Shown here: piece by piece, positions 35,695 to 49,756 of the stretch
Position numbering within the stretch: the first letter of the stretch is position 1
Layout of the letters: every line of letters starts with the position of its first letter
Assembly: GCA_030704615.1 (NCBI GenBank)
Contig: CM060733.1
Location: 28,830,001 to 28,894,000, forward strand
Length of the DNA stretch: 64,000 bases
Direction of reading: 5' to 3'
DNA from: Takakia lepidozioides
Lineage: Eukaryota > Plantae > Bryophyta
Translations under genes and position numbers: made by a program
Notes under the pieces: generated by a model
What the model saw: the letters and a program-made list of their open reading frames with translations, nothing else
What the model was told of the DNA's origin: nothing
Database searches by the model: none

Positions 35695-36020
35695 GTAAGA
35701 GGCTTCCCCAAATGAGGTTTCTTGATGGAGAAGTTTCCTTAAACAAATGAGGTATCTTGGTGGAGAAGTTTCCTCCAAATGAAGCTTCTTGAGCAGTTTC
35801 CCAAGTTACTCTCGTTAATTTGGTAAACTCCCAGTAACTTGGTAACTAATGGTGACTGATGGTAGATCACGATAACTTTTGATAACATGGTAATTTGATA
35901 ACTTATGGTATTTATTCCTAGTAAGTTCTTCAAGACTATGTCCGTGACATCACCCCCTCCTCTAGCGTCGAGTTCCTCGAGGAGCGGTAAAATCTTGGAC
36001 TTGCTTAGAGTTGGAGAAAA
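35695..36020 (-). mobile_element. Partial 3' LTR, PPT and 3' UTR of Tcn1-like chromovirus family B
   Basis: 35695-35949 matches the distal part of LTR 53398-53977. TCACCCCCTCC (PPT) and the following sequence match 57630-57697. Confidence 0.85.
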
Positions 36021-37037
36021 TCCAAAATCCGACGAATGGTACTTGCAAGTATTCGGCTCTTCGTTCTTGACTCAAATGATTTATAGGTCTACAACCATCG
36101 ATAGTATCCAACACCTTGAACTTGGGACCACACAGTGATTTGAGCATTCAGATTTTCAAAGCTGCCTTCAAACATGATTTTGTTGCCTTCTGGGTCCGAA
36201 GCCTCAACCTCCAACAGAATTATCAGACTTCGAGTATGCTCCACTTGCCGTCGTACGGGGTCTAGACGAGGAAGTACCACTACAACAGAACGCGGTATAT
36301 CTGACTGCGAGGTCGCGGTAGTCATAGTTTTCCTGACTTTGACCATGACTTCCCTATATTTTTGGACCAAATGGGGCTTCCCGTAGTCGTTGAAATAACT
36401 GCGTGACTACGTAATCCTCTGGGTGACTACGTTGGTAGACTTCGTCATGACTGCATGGCTCCGCACTAGACGGAAGGTTGGTCAACGATGGTTGACCAAC
36501 GCGAACTCACCACCAAATAGTCGTTGGAATGACTTCAGTGCAAGGGTGGTAGCAAAAGGTTAATTTTTATTAAAAAATTCCTTATAGGGTTGCCCATTAG
36601 AGGGCTGGGACTTAGTTCTTTTTTCTTTTTTCTCCTACGCGGTTTTTTAGTATCGAACTGTTGTGTCATGGAACGCGAGGATCGCAGGATAGGGCGTGGG
36701 ATGGAGGCTTTGCATTGAGCTACTGATGCGGGGCGAAGCACAACCTGCACCGCAACCGCAATGGGCTTTCTTATCTCCTGATTATTCTCCCGCCATGGCT
36801 TTCCTGTGCTTCGAATTGAACCACCTCCTTTCCTTGGCCCTAGCTTGGTTTTACTCCTGTCTCCCAAGCTGTCTCCCATTAATTCGCACTAATGGCCTCC
36901 TCAAGCTCCTACAGCCCTACTCCCCCCCTCCAGACACCCCTCTCATAGCCTTCCGCTCTTTTTCATTATCTCCCTCCCCCTTGCGATCTCTTCCCTGACG
37001 CCCTGATCTCGGAATCTCCCCCTCGCTGCTTCGCAAT

Positions 37038-38229
37038 TTGGCGATGGCTTCTTTTATTTCGGCAGTCCCCCATCATCAACGCCAAGAACACAACAACCGT
37101 CGTGAACCCAGGCGTGACTCCAGAATCAGGAATGGAGGTTCAGCAAGGAGACAAGGCAATGATGGTCCTGGGGTCCTTGGGCCCAGACCAACGCCTGCTC
37201 ATGAGGCCCCTCCCATGCAAATGTGGAGTGAAGCTACGGGGTCTGTTGATGAAAACCAACCCATCCTGGTCCTAGACATGGATTTGATCAAGGAGCATTC
37301 TCTACAGCTGAAGGAACAAGGTATTCTGGTGCATTTTCTTGGGAGAGCAAGAGATCGACATTGGGCTAGAAAATGGGCCCATGAGCATCTCGGGGGTGAT
37401 GGCGGTCTCACCCACCACTTCTGCATTCCTCTGGGGCGAGGATTTTACTCCATCATGTTTGGCTCGGCGGAGCTTGCAGAGAGAGCACTCAAATTTAAAT
37501 ACTGCTAGATCCAGATATCGTGTTAACATCTTCCCTTGGTCCCCGGACTGGGGGCACAAGGATGGAATTACATGTAGGCCAAGGATCATTGCGCTCCCGT
37601 TCCTCCCAGGGAATTACTTACGATCATTACCTGAGATCGGAGCACATTTCGGGGCTTTTGTCAGTGCTATTCAACCAAACGACTTTGAGTTCAGCGACCC
37701 CCGCAATGCAGACCACAATTCTGCTACTTATGATGGGTATAGGGACAGTGGCATTCCGCGGATTGTTGTGATTATGCCAGAAAGCACCAAGCTCCCTAGC
37801 TCCATCAAGCTCCCCACTTTGGACAAAAGCTTCGTCTCTGTCATTATCAAGGAAGAGATTTTGTCAACTGTTTGCCACAGATACCATAAGGAGGGACATG
37901 TTCTTGCGGATTGCCCAGATGCTGCAAAATGTGCGTTCAAAATTAAGTCTGCTCTCAACCGTTTCAATGGGGTAGGTGTGGACAACAAGAATGTGCAGAT
38001 TGCGTCCTCCCCTCAGGTGCGAAAGCGCTTTGGTTCTTCTCCTCAGGATCAGCCACCGGCCAAATGGACTCGGGACTCTCTTTTTTGTTCCCCCTCGGTG
38101 AGTCCGAGGGTTTTTCTGCTCCCGGCGAAATTGCCTCTGCCGCAAGCTCAGATCCTGTCTTCAAAGGCCTGCTTCAAGTTAGGGGGTGATGCTCCTCTTA
38201 ACCTCGCATGTTTTTGCCTTCGCAACTGA
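37038..38229 (+). pseudogene. L1-type LINE ORF1 (DUF4283-like plus degenerate zinc knuckle), frameshifted
   Basis: PLGRGFYSIMF...AERAL, NIFPWSPDW, LPEIGAHFG and CHRYHKEGHVLADC; pyrimidine-rich leader; frameshift near 37490-37508. Confidence 0.75.
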
Positions 38230-39209
38230 GGTCTTTCTCTAAACTCTCTCTTCCGGCAGTGGTTCATCCAGGAGTGTCTGTCGTCGTGAAAATCCAGGTT
38301 ACGCCCATCATTTTTGGTGTCCCTAACGGCACACCGTCAATTCTTTTCTCTCATGATTCTACTCTGCACAGTGCCTGGGTGACTGATGCAGATCTGGGCT
38401 CCTTCAAGAGGGTCAAGAGATGGACCTTATCATTACAAAAATCAAGGAGGTTTTCTCTACACACCTTCCCCTCTTCATGCACCATGGGGAGGCAAAGCAT
38501 ATTGGGTTTCAAGCCATAGAAGATCAAAGACAGCCAAAGTGGAGAGTACAGGGGAAGATGGAATAAGGCTCACTGGGGGTGGAGCGGGGATGGCCAAGTC
38601 CACTGGAGCCAAGTTGACAGAGGGATCTTCTTGCACGTCCACCTCTTGAACATGGACCACCATCAAGCCATCGCTATTTTGAGGGCAATCAATAGTGGTG
38701 GAGTACAATTTTGCCCTCGCCGCGGCGAGGAGAAGCTCTCTGCCAGCTGAATAAACTGCTGAGAGCCAAACATAATCAGAGTTAGCCTTGAAGCTGTCAG
38801 GCAGCGTAGAATGAGTCCAGTGAGAGGTAGGCTCCAAAGTATAGGGCGGTTTCTGCCTTATGGTCACTCTTGTCCTTGTCAGAAAATGGGATTTATTCAC
38901 TTTATCTATGCCTTGCGTTCTCTTCATCTGCTGGGATCCATCCCTGGATTTTGTTACTCCTCCTCCAGGAATTGACAACACATGTATCTTCGTATGGATT
39001 GCACTGAAGCTGTCTCCTGCTCTGCCTTTGCTGCTCCTCTCGAAGCCTATCAGCTCCACTCCCTCCTGGCTCCAGCAGTGGGTCCCCGGGTTGCCGGCTC
39101 TTCTCCTCTCAGTTGCTGACATCAGATGCATTAAGAAGCCTCCTTTCCAACCATCAAATCGTGGGACTCCCATGGGCTTTGCTTCAAAGCCTCCATGAAT
39201 TGTTCCTTG

Positions 39210-41641
39210 TACTCATGGAAGCACTGTTCGACGTGGATATCCAGTACAAACCGGGACAGGACAATGTGGCGGCCGATGCTTTAAGTAGAAAGCAGCAGCT
39301 CATGTTAGTGTACAAGGGCGAGACGGCGCTCCAAAGGAAGATCCGGAAGGCTTACCGGAAGGATGAGATGACAAAGTCCGTGATGCAGGACTTGAGGATG
39401 GGGGTTAAATCGCAGTTTCACTTGCAAAATGGACTGCTCCGGTATAAGCGAAAGCGTCTCTACATACCGAAGGGAGGGATCAGAGATAGTCTCTTGAGAG
39501 AATGTCATGATGGCCCACTTGCGGGCCACGGCAGAGCCAAACGCACCGCGGCACTCTTGAAGAAAGAGTATTTCTGGCCCAAACTGAGGGAGGAGGCCGA
39601 GGAGTATGTCAAGACATGCACCACATGCCAACAAAATCGGAGCGAGTTCAAAAGGCAAGCGAGGCTGTTACAACCCTTGCCGATTCCAGAGGGGTCTTGG
39701 GAAAGTGTCTCGATGGATTTCATGACTGCTATGCCGCTGTCAAAAGGATTCGATGCGATCATGGTGGTGGTGGATAGGTGCAGTAAAATGGGCCATTTCA
39801 TCCCCACCAAGGAGACAGCAACGGCCCAGGAGACGGGGCGACTTTACTTCGCCCACGTCTTCAAACATCATGGACTTCCGAAAGATATTGTCTTGGACCG
39901 CGATCCAAAGTTTACGAATAAATTTTGGAGGGCACTTTGGAAGAAAATGGGAAACGCATCCGAGGCGGTTGCAGCTTTCGAAAGGCGACCTCAAAAGCGA
40001 AAGAAGCGTTGATGGGGACATCAACCTTGGAGCGTGGGGGAGGAAATGCATGCTTAGCCCGGCTTAGCTAGCTCAGGAATCTGATTGCAAAAACTTGTAT
40101 TGTACAAATTTTAATATAAATGAAATGGTTAACAAATGTTGTGCGTCCTATTTTATTTGGAATGGTGATGCTTGGTTTGTTTTGCTAGTGTGTAGAATGC
40201 ATGCTAGCTTACAAAAGTGGGAGAGGTAAATTGGATTAATTATATGTTTGCGTAGTGCCGAAATCGGGTGACTCCCATCCAAAGGGCAAGGAAACTTGCG
40301 CCTTCTTTGGGACTTCACGTGCTAGTGCGCACCTGACGCGTGCGCGTACTATAACTGCGCAACCGAGGGGGTTGCCTTGTCGTGCGGGCTAACGCGGAAA
40401 CTATGTACTTCCGTTCACGTACTATAATCGTGTAGCCTCGGGACGAAGTCGTAGTGCGGCTTCGGCGTGTTCCCGTACCTCAGGCCAACATTCCAAGGCG
40501 GACCCAATTGTAGTGATTAGGGCGTACGGTTGGTTCAAGGTTATCTTCCTAGTAAAAAAATGTTCAAGGTGAACCCTTGCTCAAGGTGATGCCAAAAGCG
40601 GCATAATGAGCGGTCGCAAGCAATGTTGTTGCAGTAAGGCGATTCGATCCTCGGGAAGGATCGATCCTTGGCCTTGAAGTAGGCCAAGAAGAGTGCACTG
40701 GGTAGGGCTTGAGAGGCTCCACCCTTGGCTGGGACTTAGAGGAAGTCGGCCGAACTAGCTAGTGGAGAGTAGAGTCAAGTGGGGGTTTGGTTCTTTGCCA
40801 TGGGACGCCATGGTACGGAAACAAACGCCTTGATGTGGGACGCCACAACTTGGATGTTTGTTTCTACAAAATGGACAAGTCGATGAGGACATCGACTCCC
40901 TATTGGTAGGGGTGTGTGTCGCGGCCCTTCGCCTTGAGGGCAGGGGTCGGGACACGAGAGGGGCTGCCCCTGTGGTGGGGGTAGTGGCAACAATAGATGC
41001 GGGGGCTGAAGCACCCTTGAGTGCCCAAGGCACTCAAGGAGGCGGAGGCGCTCACTAGGTGGAGCTCCGCACACCGTGTTGCGATGGGGGTGGTTCCACG
41101 AGGGGTGGTGGTAGCTTAGTGGGACTTAGTGGGGGTGGCATAGGACTCACCATGGGGTGGAGACCTTGTGGTGGGAGTCGTGGGGAGTCTTGGGACTCGT
41201 CACGGTCCAATGGGACCGTGGTGGGTGGGCCAAGACTCACCGCGACTCATCACCGGAAGTCGAGGGTTTTCGTGGTGGTTCGCCATAAATTGGTATGGTT
41301 GTTTGTGAAACCCCCGCGGACAGTCACAAAAGTATATATAGGGGAGTAGTAACCCCGAGAACGGTGCAAGCCCGTTGGTGACCAAAAACTAGTGAGTAAG
41401 CGAGCGAGCCGGAAAGCGACCAAGGAGTAGGGAGTTAATCCGGACTGCCATCTACCAAAGGGAATTTCCACTAGGCCCAAATTGATGGAGGGTCTTTCGG
41501 TAGAGTAAAGGGGGACCGTTATGTCCCGGTGAGCAGCCGAAGCTCCGAGTTGGCCCGGCAGCCAGGTTGGGAGTTAGGCGTGCGCATCAAAGCGAGTAAC
41601 TATGACTTGAAGGGGAGCTTACCGAAGTTAGGTGCGTGACA
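39210..41641 (+). mobile_element. Family A gypsy element, 3' part: RNase H end, integrase (internally deleted), long 3' region, 3' LTR 40917-41641
   Basis: IQYKPGQDNVAADALSR, HHCC (HDGPLAGH...CTTCQ), WESVSMDF, DRDPKF. The LTR matches 1358-2081 in reverse complement. Confidence 0.9.
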
Positions 41642-43844
41642 CCGTCATACCGCAGCAGCCCTAAATGAAAAGAAGTCGAACGTTCGTTGAGGTGAGTAAG
41701 TAGAGGGGTGGGAAAGCCCGAGCTGTTGAGCAGGACGACGAAAACCATCAGTCCCTACTGTGCAAGCTCAAAACGGGGTTTGTTTTTTTTTTTTTTTTTG
41801 GTCGGAAGATTTTACGAGAGCCTCATTGCAGATACTGGCATGTAACTTGACAATAAGGCTTGCAATCAGTTCTCTTTTAACAAAGCTCGCTTCACTTTGT
41901 ATACTAAAATCTGTAACATTATTATGTAATGCAAAGTCTGAATTTTGCAACATAATATTTAATTTCTTTGTGAAATCAAGTATGCTTCTAAATTAAAGGC
42001 ATATTAAAGATTTGGAGGTTTTTTAATTTTAACTTTAATTGTTTATATCCGGGTTGATATCTATCTGGTATTACGATTGGAATACCCATCCTATTGATAT
42101 CCATCCACAAATAAAAAATCATACTACTATTGAGAATGGGCAGATATTAAAGTTAAGTGAATATTCCAATACTATGGAACCAGCTGGTATTAAAAAAAAA
42201 GTAATACCCGACCGCCACTGGTATGAACTCTATATATTATATAGAGATAATTAATAATGTATATTATAAACAATACATATACTAGAATACAATCTTTAGC
42301 AATAACATGGCATATAGTGCAATACCAGACTCAATAGTATGGGATGGCTCAATATGGTACTTAAATATATTACCATCAATGTATGGAAGTGCATATCAAG
42401 GCAAAGCATGGGATGGCCCACATGCAATGAATGTATGACGTCGAACCTGGGAGTGTAGACATGTGTGAAGAAGAGGGTTTTATTGTGAGAAATTTGCATT
42501 TTAAATTTGGAAAATCGATTAAGTGCATGCAGGCCACACTTGGGGACTTGGAACTCCTCACACGCCATCACACGTGAGAAGTGCAAATTGGCTGTTCCTG
42601 CCACAGGTGCAAACGAGACACCATAACCAGCCCCAACAACTTGACCTTGAGAGAGAAAATAAATACCCCTTTTGGGGCCATGAAGGAGAATAAGGGGAAA
42701 AGCCGCAACCTGATGGCAAAGTAAGAGAGACAGCTCACAAGGGTTAATTGAACCCTAGATCTACATGCCCATGCACAAAAGGTCTTACTACCACGGCACA
42801 ATCTTTGTTGTGTGTTAATAACTTAATTGTTATTGGCTCAAAATAGATACGATTGCTACTTTATTTAATTCAAATCAAATGAACTATGTAGGATAAATTG
42901 GTATGGTTTGATTATTCATCATTCAATGACTCTACCCAATTAATAGATTTGACTCTAGCTTGTCCAATGAATTGTAAATTTCATAGCTGGATTACCCAGT
43001 TATGCCCAACCATTCAAAGAAAAAAACATTGTTGGGCAAAATTCTACCTAATTGTTTATGAGGGAAAGAGGTTAGTTTTTTCCTCTCACTATAACTAAGG
43101 GGCCTGATTTGTGAGTTGTTGCTCTCATGTGTTTCCTTTCTGAAAAGAAAAGAACTTAAAAAGAAAATAGAATTAATAAAACTTTGAAGCAACTTTGAGC
43201 CTGGCAAGAGTTGTATTGCAATAAGGTAATTATCATATGCCCTAACCACTTAACCACCCATTGAACGTTCTATGTAATTATATTCAATGTCATTCAAGGA
43301 AGGCTTTTAAGCAATTAATGTATATGATATTTATTACCATCCAATTGAAATTTCCATAATTTTTGTTAATATTATAAAATGACAGTGAATCAAATAAATT
43401 TAAAACAGCAGGCTCATTGTATTATACATCAATAATATAATACATAATAGTTCCCAACGACAAATAGCTTGAGAAGATACGATGGGGTGTTCGCACCTCC
43501 TCCATCCTCCTTGCTCATCTCTTTTGAATTTTTCTTGTTTTATGAAGAGAGAATCATTTTCTATGGAAATTCTTGGAGCTAGCTCTCAAAAAAATTTGGG
43601 TGAAAGAAACCCATTGAGATAATTATTGAGATGGGTACAATGAATATGACTTGGGGTTACCCTTAGCATGGAACATTGCGAACAGCAAGTTCGGTACATG
43701 GAGCCAATTCTATGAAGATAAAAATCATGTGTTTTATCCCTCAATTGTTGTGTTGGGTATCTTGATTGTTTCTTGGTGTGAAGACAGACCCTCGAGGATT
43801 CCAAACTCAATTAAGTAGTATTTCCAATATGCGTGCTAATACAA

Positions 43845-45590
43845 ATGTCAAAACACAAAGTTTCTGTTGATTTGGAACGGCTGAAAAAAAGCCCTTATCT
43901 TGTCAATCCTATCCTCGTCAGCCCTCTTTGTAGTCCTCGCCTTGGAGGAGTCTCTAGATCATTTAGGACAAACATATTGGAACACCATTTCAACCACAGT
44001 GCCCGACTTTCTTCCCCCAAACCAAGAAGTGTGCGCTCTTCCCCCATCAAGGAATGTCATGCATCTAAGAGTTGTAATTCTCCAACACCAGCAACACAAG
44101 GTTTGTCTTCTCTCCGAAGCATTCCAGAGCGCTATTTTTGTACGCCTACAGGCCGCCACTCTTGTCTTGTGCAAAATTCCAAAGATAAGAATGAGAGAGT
44201 GACTGCTTTGAATGTAAATGATTACTTCATTGCTGGGGGAAAGCTGGCCCCCCCAAGTTGTGTGGATTTTGTTGGCCCCGTCGAAGTGAAAGAGGTTGGA
44301 AAGGGCCGCGGCCGTGGCTTGGTCCTTAACACTGATGTGGAGCCGGGAGACTTGTTGCTAGTAAGCAACCCCATTGCAAAACTTGAAAAAATGGAAACAG
44401 AAGTTACTCAAGCAGGAAATGTTCTAGATGTGGGCAGTTGGAGTGTGTGCAATGTATTACAAGACAAGCTTGTTACTATTCTTTGCTCAAGGGCTATGAA
44501 ATCTTGTCATGACAAAGTCTTACTTTCAACACTATGCAGTCGTGGTAATGAGGCCCTGCCCGTTCCCCCAACACACATCTTTTCTCCGACAAGCAATCAA
44601 CGTCCCCCCTTTCAATACCAAGTGGACGATGTGTCCAGCAACCAACGAAGGAAAAATGCTCCATTGTCCCCGCTCACAGAAGTAGACATAACAGAGCTAG
44701 ATATAACAAGAATGTGTGGGGTCGTGAAATGCAATGCTTTTAGTCATAGTAGTGTCGAGCGTAAGAGTGACACGGAAGTCACACAGAGTTGGAGCTGTGG
44801 AATCTGGATGCTGCCATCTTTTATAAATCATTCATGTACACCGAATGCGGCTACAGTGGTGGTGGGGGATGCAATGTTCGTTGTGGCAGCTCGCAAGTTG
44901 CGGGCTACAAATGAACTTACTATTACTTACTTTGATATATTTAGGCCTTTACGAGAGCGTCGTCACAGTATGCATAACATGGACTTTGAATGTGCTTGTA
45001 GACGTTGTCAATTAGAAGAAAGTCTACAAGACTCGCTCTACGAGTTATCTCGGAATTACTCATTTCGAGAAATAGAGGGAGCTCTGACGTTGCGCTCTTT
45101 ATACATGGATGATTCTTTCACAGATGTTTGGAGCCTATTGTCTATTGATCATGTGCACCTCGAGCAATTGGTAGAACGTCTTCAACAACTGTTGTGTGAC
45201 GAAGCAGGTCTAACAAAAGAAGAGAAGAATTGGATTCGTGCGTCTTTTTTGTTAGCCTACATAGCTGATGGAAAGATAATCATAAATTCACAAGAGGCAC
45301 GGAAAATGAGACTCGCCAAGAAAATTCACTTAGAGATTGCATTGGAAGCCGCTGAGGCAGTGACTCGTGGTCACATGCAAACAATGCAGATTGCCACAAC
45401 TTTGTTAGAAAAGGCCAAACATTCATTGGGAAAACATTCATTTCTTGTAAAAGCAGCTAGTGAACGGGCGTTAAACTGTTGCATGCGTTTGTTTGGGCAT
45501 CAAAGTGAGGAGGCCCTTGAGAAATTAGTCAAATATGATAGAGAGATGTTAAGCAATTTGATATGCACATCACATTGTTTTATGTTGTGA
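43845..45590 (+). CDS. SET-domain protein lysine methyltransferase, SMYD/ATXR1(SDG35)-like, intronless, no N-terminal TPR visible
   Basis: GRGRGLVLNTDVEPGDLLLVSNP, GIWMLPSFINHSCTPNA, ELTITYFD and post-SET FECACRRC. Uninterrupted ORF; first ATG at 43845. Confidence 0.88.
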   Translation: MSKHKVSVDLERLKKSPYLVNPILVSPLCSPRLGGVSRSFRTNILEHHFNHSARLSSPKPRSVRSSPIKECHASKSCNSPTPATQGLSSLRSIPERYFCTPTGRHSCLVQNSKDKNERVTALNVNDYFIAGGKLAPPSCVDFVGPVEVKEVGKGRGRGLVLNTDVEPGDLLLVSNPIAKLEKMETEVTQAGNVLDVGSWSVCNVLQDKLVTILCSRAMKSCHDKVLLSTLCSRGNEALPVPPTHIFSPTSNQRPPFQYQVDDVSSNQRRKNAPLSPLTEVDITELDITRMCGVVKCNAFSHSSVERKSDTEVTQSWSCGIWMLPSFINHSCTPNAATVVVGDAMFVVAARKLRATNELTITYFDIFRPLRERRHSMHNMDFECACRRCQLEESLQDSLYELSRNYSFREIEGALTLRSLYMDDSFTDVWSLLSIDHVHLEQLVERLQQLLCDEAGLTKEEKNWIRASFLLAYIADGKIIINSQEARKMRLAKKIHLEIALEAAEAVTRGHMQTMQIATTLLEKAKHSLGKHSFLVKAASERALNCCMRLFGHQSEEALEKLVKYDREMLSNLICTSHCFML

Positions 45591-48500
45591 CCTGAAGACA
45601 TAGTACAATTATGTTGAGTTTTGACCAAATCCAATATTGATATTGTTGCTTGGATGTATTATTTTTGTCGTGAGTTGACATACTACATAGTATGTATAAT
45701 TAGAAAAACCATTTATCATAAATGTAATGGTATAAGATATAACTAACATCATTATGTTATATTGAAGATGACATTAGTACTCAAGAAAGCGAGAAAAACT
45801 TAATGTGATAGATGTAGATCCCACCCCCGAACTAAAGGAGCAACACTCACAAGGGGAAGAGACTCTTATTTGTGTTAACGTAATTCACCTGGTGTCGTTT
45901 ATCTCTCTCACATGTGATAGAAAATAGTGTGTCATGATAGTATAAGCCATAAATATAGTAGTAATACTATAATATAAGTATGCTCCTTTATTGTTGATGA
46001 GACACCACATGGAATTTGAAAAGAAACCACATTTTCGACATTTGAGAACATTATGATTTAGAATTGACTTTGAATTTGCATTTTGAAAAGGAAATTTGTC
46101 AGGGACTTCACATATTTTTTGTTCTTTTGCTATGGCTCACCTACGTTTTCCACCCTTCACTTTAGGTCTTGCTTGTCCACTGTTTTAGGCTACCTCTTTG
46201 TTAACTGGTAGGCTGATGCTCATTTGTTGGCTTGATTAGTTTGCTTCTAGTTATCTTGTGAGTCTGTTGTGACCTTTAGGCAGTGGCTGCCTCATCGTTT
46301 GTACTGCCTTCATGACTCTTTGAGGTTATTTTTATTTCTTATTAATGCAATTCCAAGTTCTCCATCCCATGTTTTAAGAACAAAAATATATATAAAAACA
46401 AACACAGACACGTCAACAAATACAAGTTTTTCGTGTTAGAAAAATAAACATACTATTACGTAATATACACATATAGGTTGAAGTCGTTGGGCGTATCTCC
46501 AACGGTATAATGTCTAGTAATTTAACAGCTCTCTACATAACAGATGACGGCTCTATGAATCATCTCTCAGGGAGGAAGTTGGCTAGCACATAGGTGGGGC
46601 ATGAAAACCCAACAGACCTCTTAAGGCGAAATTTGCCTACAACCTATAACCATCGGGTAGGTTACTTCATAACCGGGTTGATGACTGGGTCAACCCTCAA
46701 TAAGAGTCCAACACTAGTTGAACATGCAAATAGACTCAGTTATAATATATTTACAATTTATATGATAAATATAATTATATTACTACATGTAATAAATTTG
46801 ATATTCTTTGAAAACAAAACAAAGTGCGAAATGTATCCGAAATTCTTGGAAGAAACTAAATTAGAACCCACGGCTCCTAGTGCCACAACTCAACATACCA
46901 AAATATAATAAAATAAGATGAAACTCACATTTCGTGAGTGAAACTTAATAACCGTAGATAATGATCTTGTAAATTTTGGCCTTGTTTGCATCAAAATATT
47001 TAAATATTTATTTAATAAAAAAATAAAAAATAATTTATATAAAAAATTAAAAATAAAATAAAAAATAAAAACAGATTTCGCCGGCAAAGCTTCAAGAATT
47101 GCGCCAAAATTTCGAGAAATAGATGGCTTGTGAGGCGGCATATTTTCGCAATTGTTTTGGCGTGAGCACATTCCTGTTGGCCACAGTATCTTCATGGTAT
47201 ATTCTAAGAATATACCGAATAACCCCTTGTGAGCTACAGAGGCTCAGCGTGCTTCCCACATCTTATTAAGTTGCTATGCAAGTTGCTTACCTAAACGCCC
47301 GAGCAATTGAACCGTTTTGAGTCGCACCTGTTTTTTTCGTAGATCCTATAACTTCATGTACTTGGTGCGATGAAGGTAAGGTTAAAAGACATAATGTAGT
47401 CCTGATTCCATGCTTTCCAACAACCCCTAGCATGATAATAATTATGTAACTACGGTTCAATCCTTGATTTGTTTGTGTTTGTTTTATTAAAAAATGAAAG
47501 AGGACGGAGCCCCTGTTTCTTAAATTAAAATATTTTAATTTAGGGCCTCAATCCCTTTATTTTAACCGAAAAAACTAAAAGGAAAGAGGAAAAAATAACC
47601 TCGTGAGGGCCATAAGGCAAGACAATCATGGAGAACCTCCCAGAGCAACCGCAATGGGCATCTCTGTCTAATCTCTAATTCCAATCTATCACTGTATTCA
47701 CTTATTTCTACTCACTCTAATAGTTAATATGGCTATGGTCCTATTTGTTTTTGGGGCCATGGAGGGAGCCCACTAAATGGGAGGGACACCTAGAAAGAGG
47801 GGAGAGACAATGTTTAATTTAGGAAAGGTAAAAAAATAGGCGCGCCATTGGAACTGCCAATGGTAGTCTCATATTAGAGTTTTTGGGGGGTGTAATTACT
47901 AGACACGCACTGTCAAATAGTGGGGTGGGTTTATGTAGGGTAGGACACGTGGGAGGTCTTATGGAAGGCTCCACTAAAGCTTCAAGGGGTGAGGCCCGCC
48001 GCCGCCTCCCAAGGCTATATACGGAGGTGCACACCTTACTACTTATAAAATACAGTAAATACTTTAGTTCTCATCAAAGCCCCCCTTTTTCCCTCTCATC
48101 TGCCTGTCCTTCCCCTCCTTTTCCACCAACCCCTCCACTTCGTCATGCCATCTTCTTACTAGCTAATTTTTTTTGAAATGAAACTTGGGCTACATATTTG
48201 GTACACTGAGAAAACAACCTAGCAAGGAACCAATGTTTAAATAATCTAAGGTCTAAAAATGCAAGGACCTCTAAAGAGCACCAACACTTAGTAGACCTAA
48301 AATTAAGGTGGGCCTTGATTTTATGATTCATCGTTTCTACGTATGGGGGTTGGTAGAATGTGATCATTGCTCACGTGAGCACGACGTGAAGTACACAACC
48401 CACGGTCATGGGGCTTTTATGTTTTTAACACAAGGTCACAGAAGTTATAAGTCTTCAAAACGGAATAAATTTAAACCATTGGCGAATATAGAGACACGGT

Positions 48501-48946
48501 GCATTCATAGGGTTTATGTGCCTATTTCTGTCCCTAAACCCTAAATCCTAATGCAAAATAAGCACCCATAATATATATCTACAAGCTCCAAGTTCCACAT
48601 ATTTACAGCTTTGGTATCCTACAAAAGAATAACACATTGGGAAAAACAAAGTCATAGTAACCATCACCATCCAAAACACACAAATACCAAACATTAATTG
48701 AACAGTTTAATATAATGAGGCAAACAACGGATTTCGCCAGCGAAATAAATCAAGATATCGGATTGTGCCTGCGAAATAAATAAGGTATCGGGTTACGGCA
48801 GTGAAATTTTAAGGTATCGTTGCGTAAGTCATTATCCAATGGTTTCGTGGGCGAAACAAAATGAGTTGTGTTTGGTTTTGCATATAAAGGATGACGTGAG
48901 GTTGTTGCTACCAAATTGTTACGTGCTTATTGTAGTAGGTCATTAC

Positions 48947-49756
48947 CAGTGTTGGCCGGGTACCATGTTTTGAGCCCTCTTCCGGTCCCGGTTATGGCCT
49001 ACTCCTTGAAAAAAATGGATGGCCGGGGCAGGGTATATCAATAGGTTTGAAAAACATATCAATTACAGGTTCTCATTAAACACATGAATTTTTTCTTGTC
49101 CGGTTCTCAATCTACCGGTTATGCCATCTTAAAAATTGTCGGTTCCATGGTATTGGTTATGGGATTCATCCATTTTATATTTTTACTTTCTCTAGCATTT
49201 TTGTGTATGTGTGTGAAAGTACACAAGAGGGCTGTGGCCCGGTGGTAAGCCACTCGTGGGTTGGCCTGTGGGTCTCGGGTTCAAATGTTCAACCCCTATC
49301 ATCTATCTATTGCCTTCAGGCTGCCCCTGTAATACACCAAGTTTATAATTAGCCAAAAGCCCAACTAATTAATTTCCTATTTACTTTGGCATCCTCAATG
49401 TTGTGCACCTAATCTCCCCAACCATTGTAAACGTATCGTTACTAGTAAGACATAATCAGGATCTGTCCATCTGCAATAATCTTAACTACCATCACCCTAC
49501 CATCACCAACCCCTATACCTATATTATCTAGAACCGCCGCTACGCCATCCCCATTTGTTCCGGATCCTGCTCCGGGTATAACACCCTTATAATCACAATG
49601 CCGGTTCTCTAGCCGGTTAGGAAGCTTGATGGCTTTTGCCGGTTCCCTTCCATAGCCGGTTCCTTCGGGGGCTGCACTTTCCGGGTATGCATATGTGCAT
49701 AACCGGCAAATAACCGCCGGGTATGCATGCCCAGATGCCATACCACGCCAACACTG
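48947..49756. mobile_element. Non-autonomous hAT-like element (810 bp)
   Basis: TIR CAGTGTTGGC/GCCAACACTG; 8-bp TSD GTCATTAC at 48939-48946 and 49757-49764; many subterminal CCGG motifs. Confidence 0.9.

Noticed and set aside
38475-39173. 232-aa minus-strand ORF next to LINE ORF1
   Set aside because: No recognisable motif. It is probably rearranged LINE sequence and a product cannot be supported.
1358-41641. The LTRs at 1358-2081 and 40917-41641 as ends of one giant element
   Set aside because: They are in opposite orientation and each has its own internal sequence (PBS/gag vs pol/PPT), so they are independent insertions.
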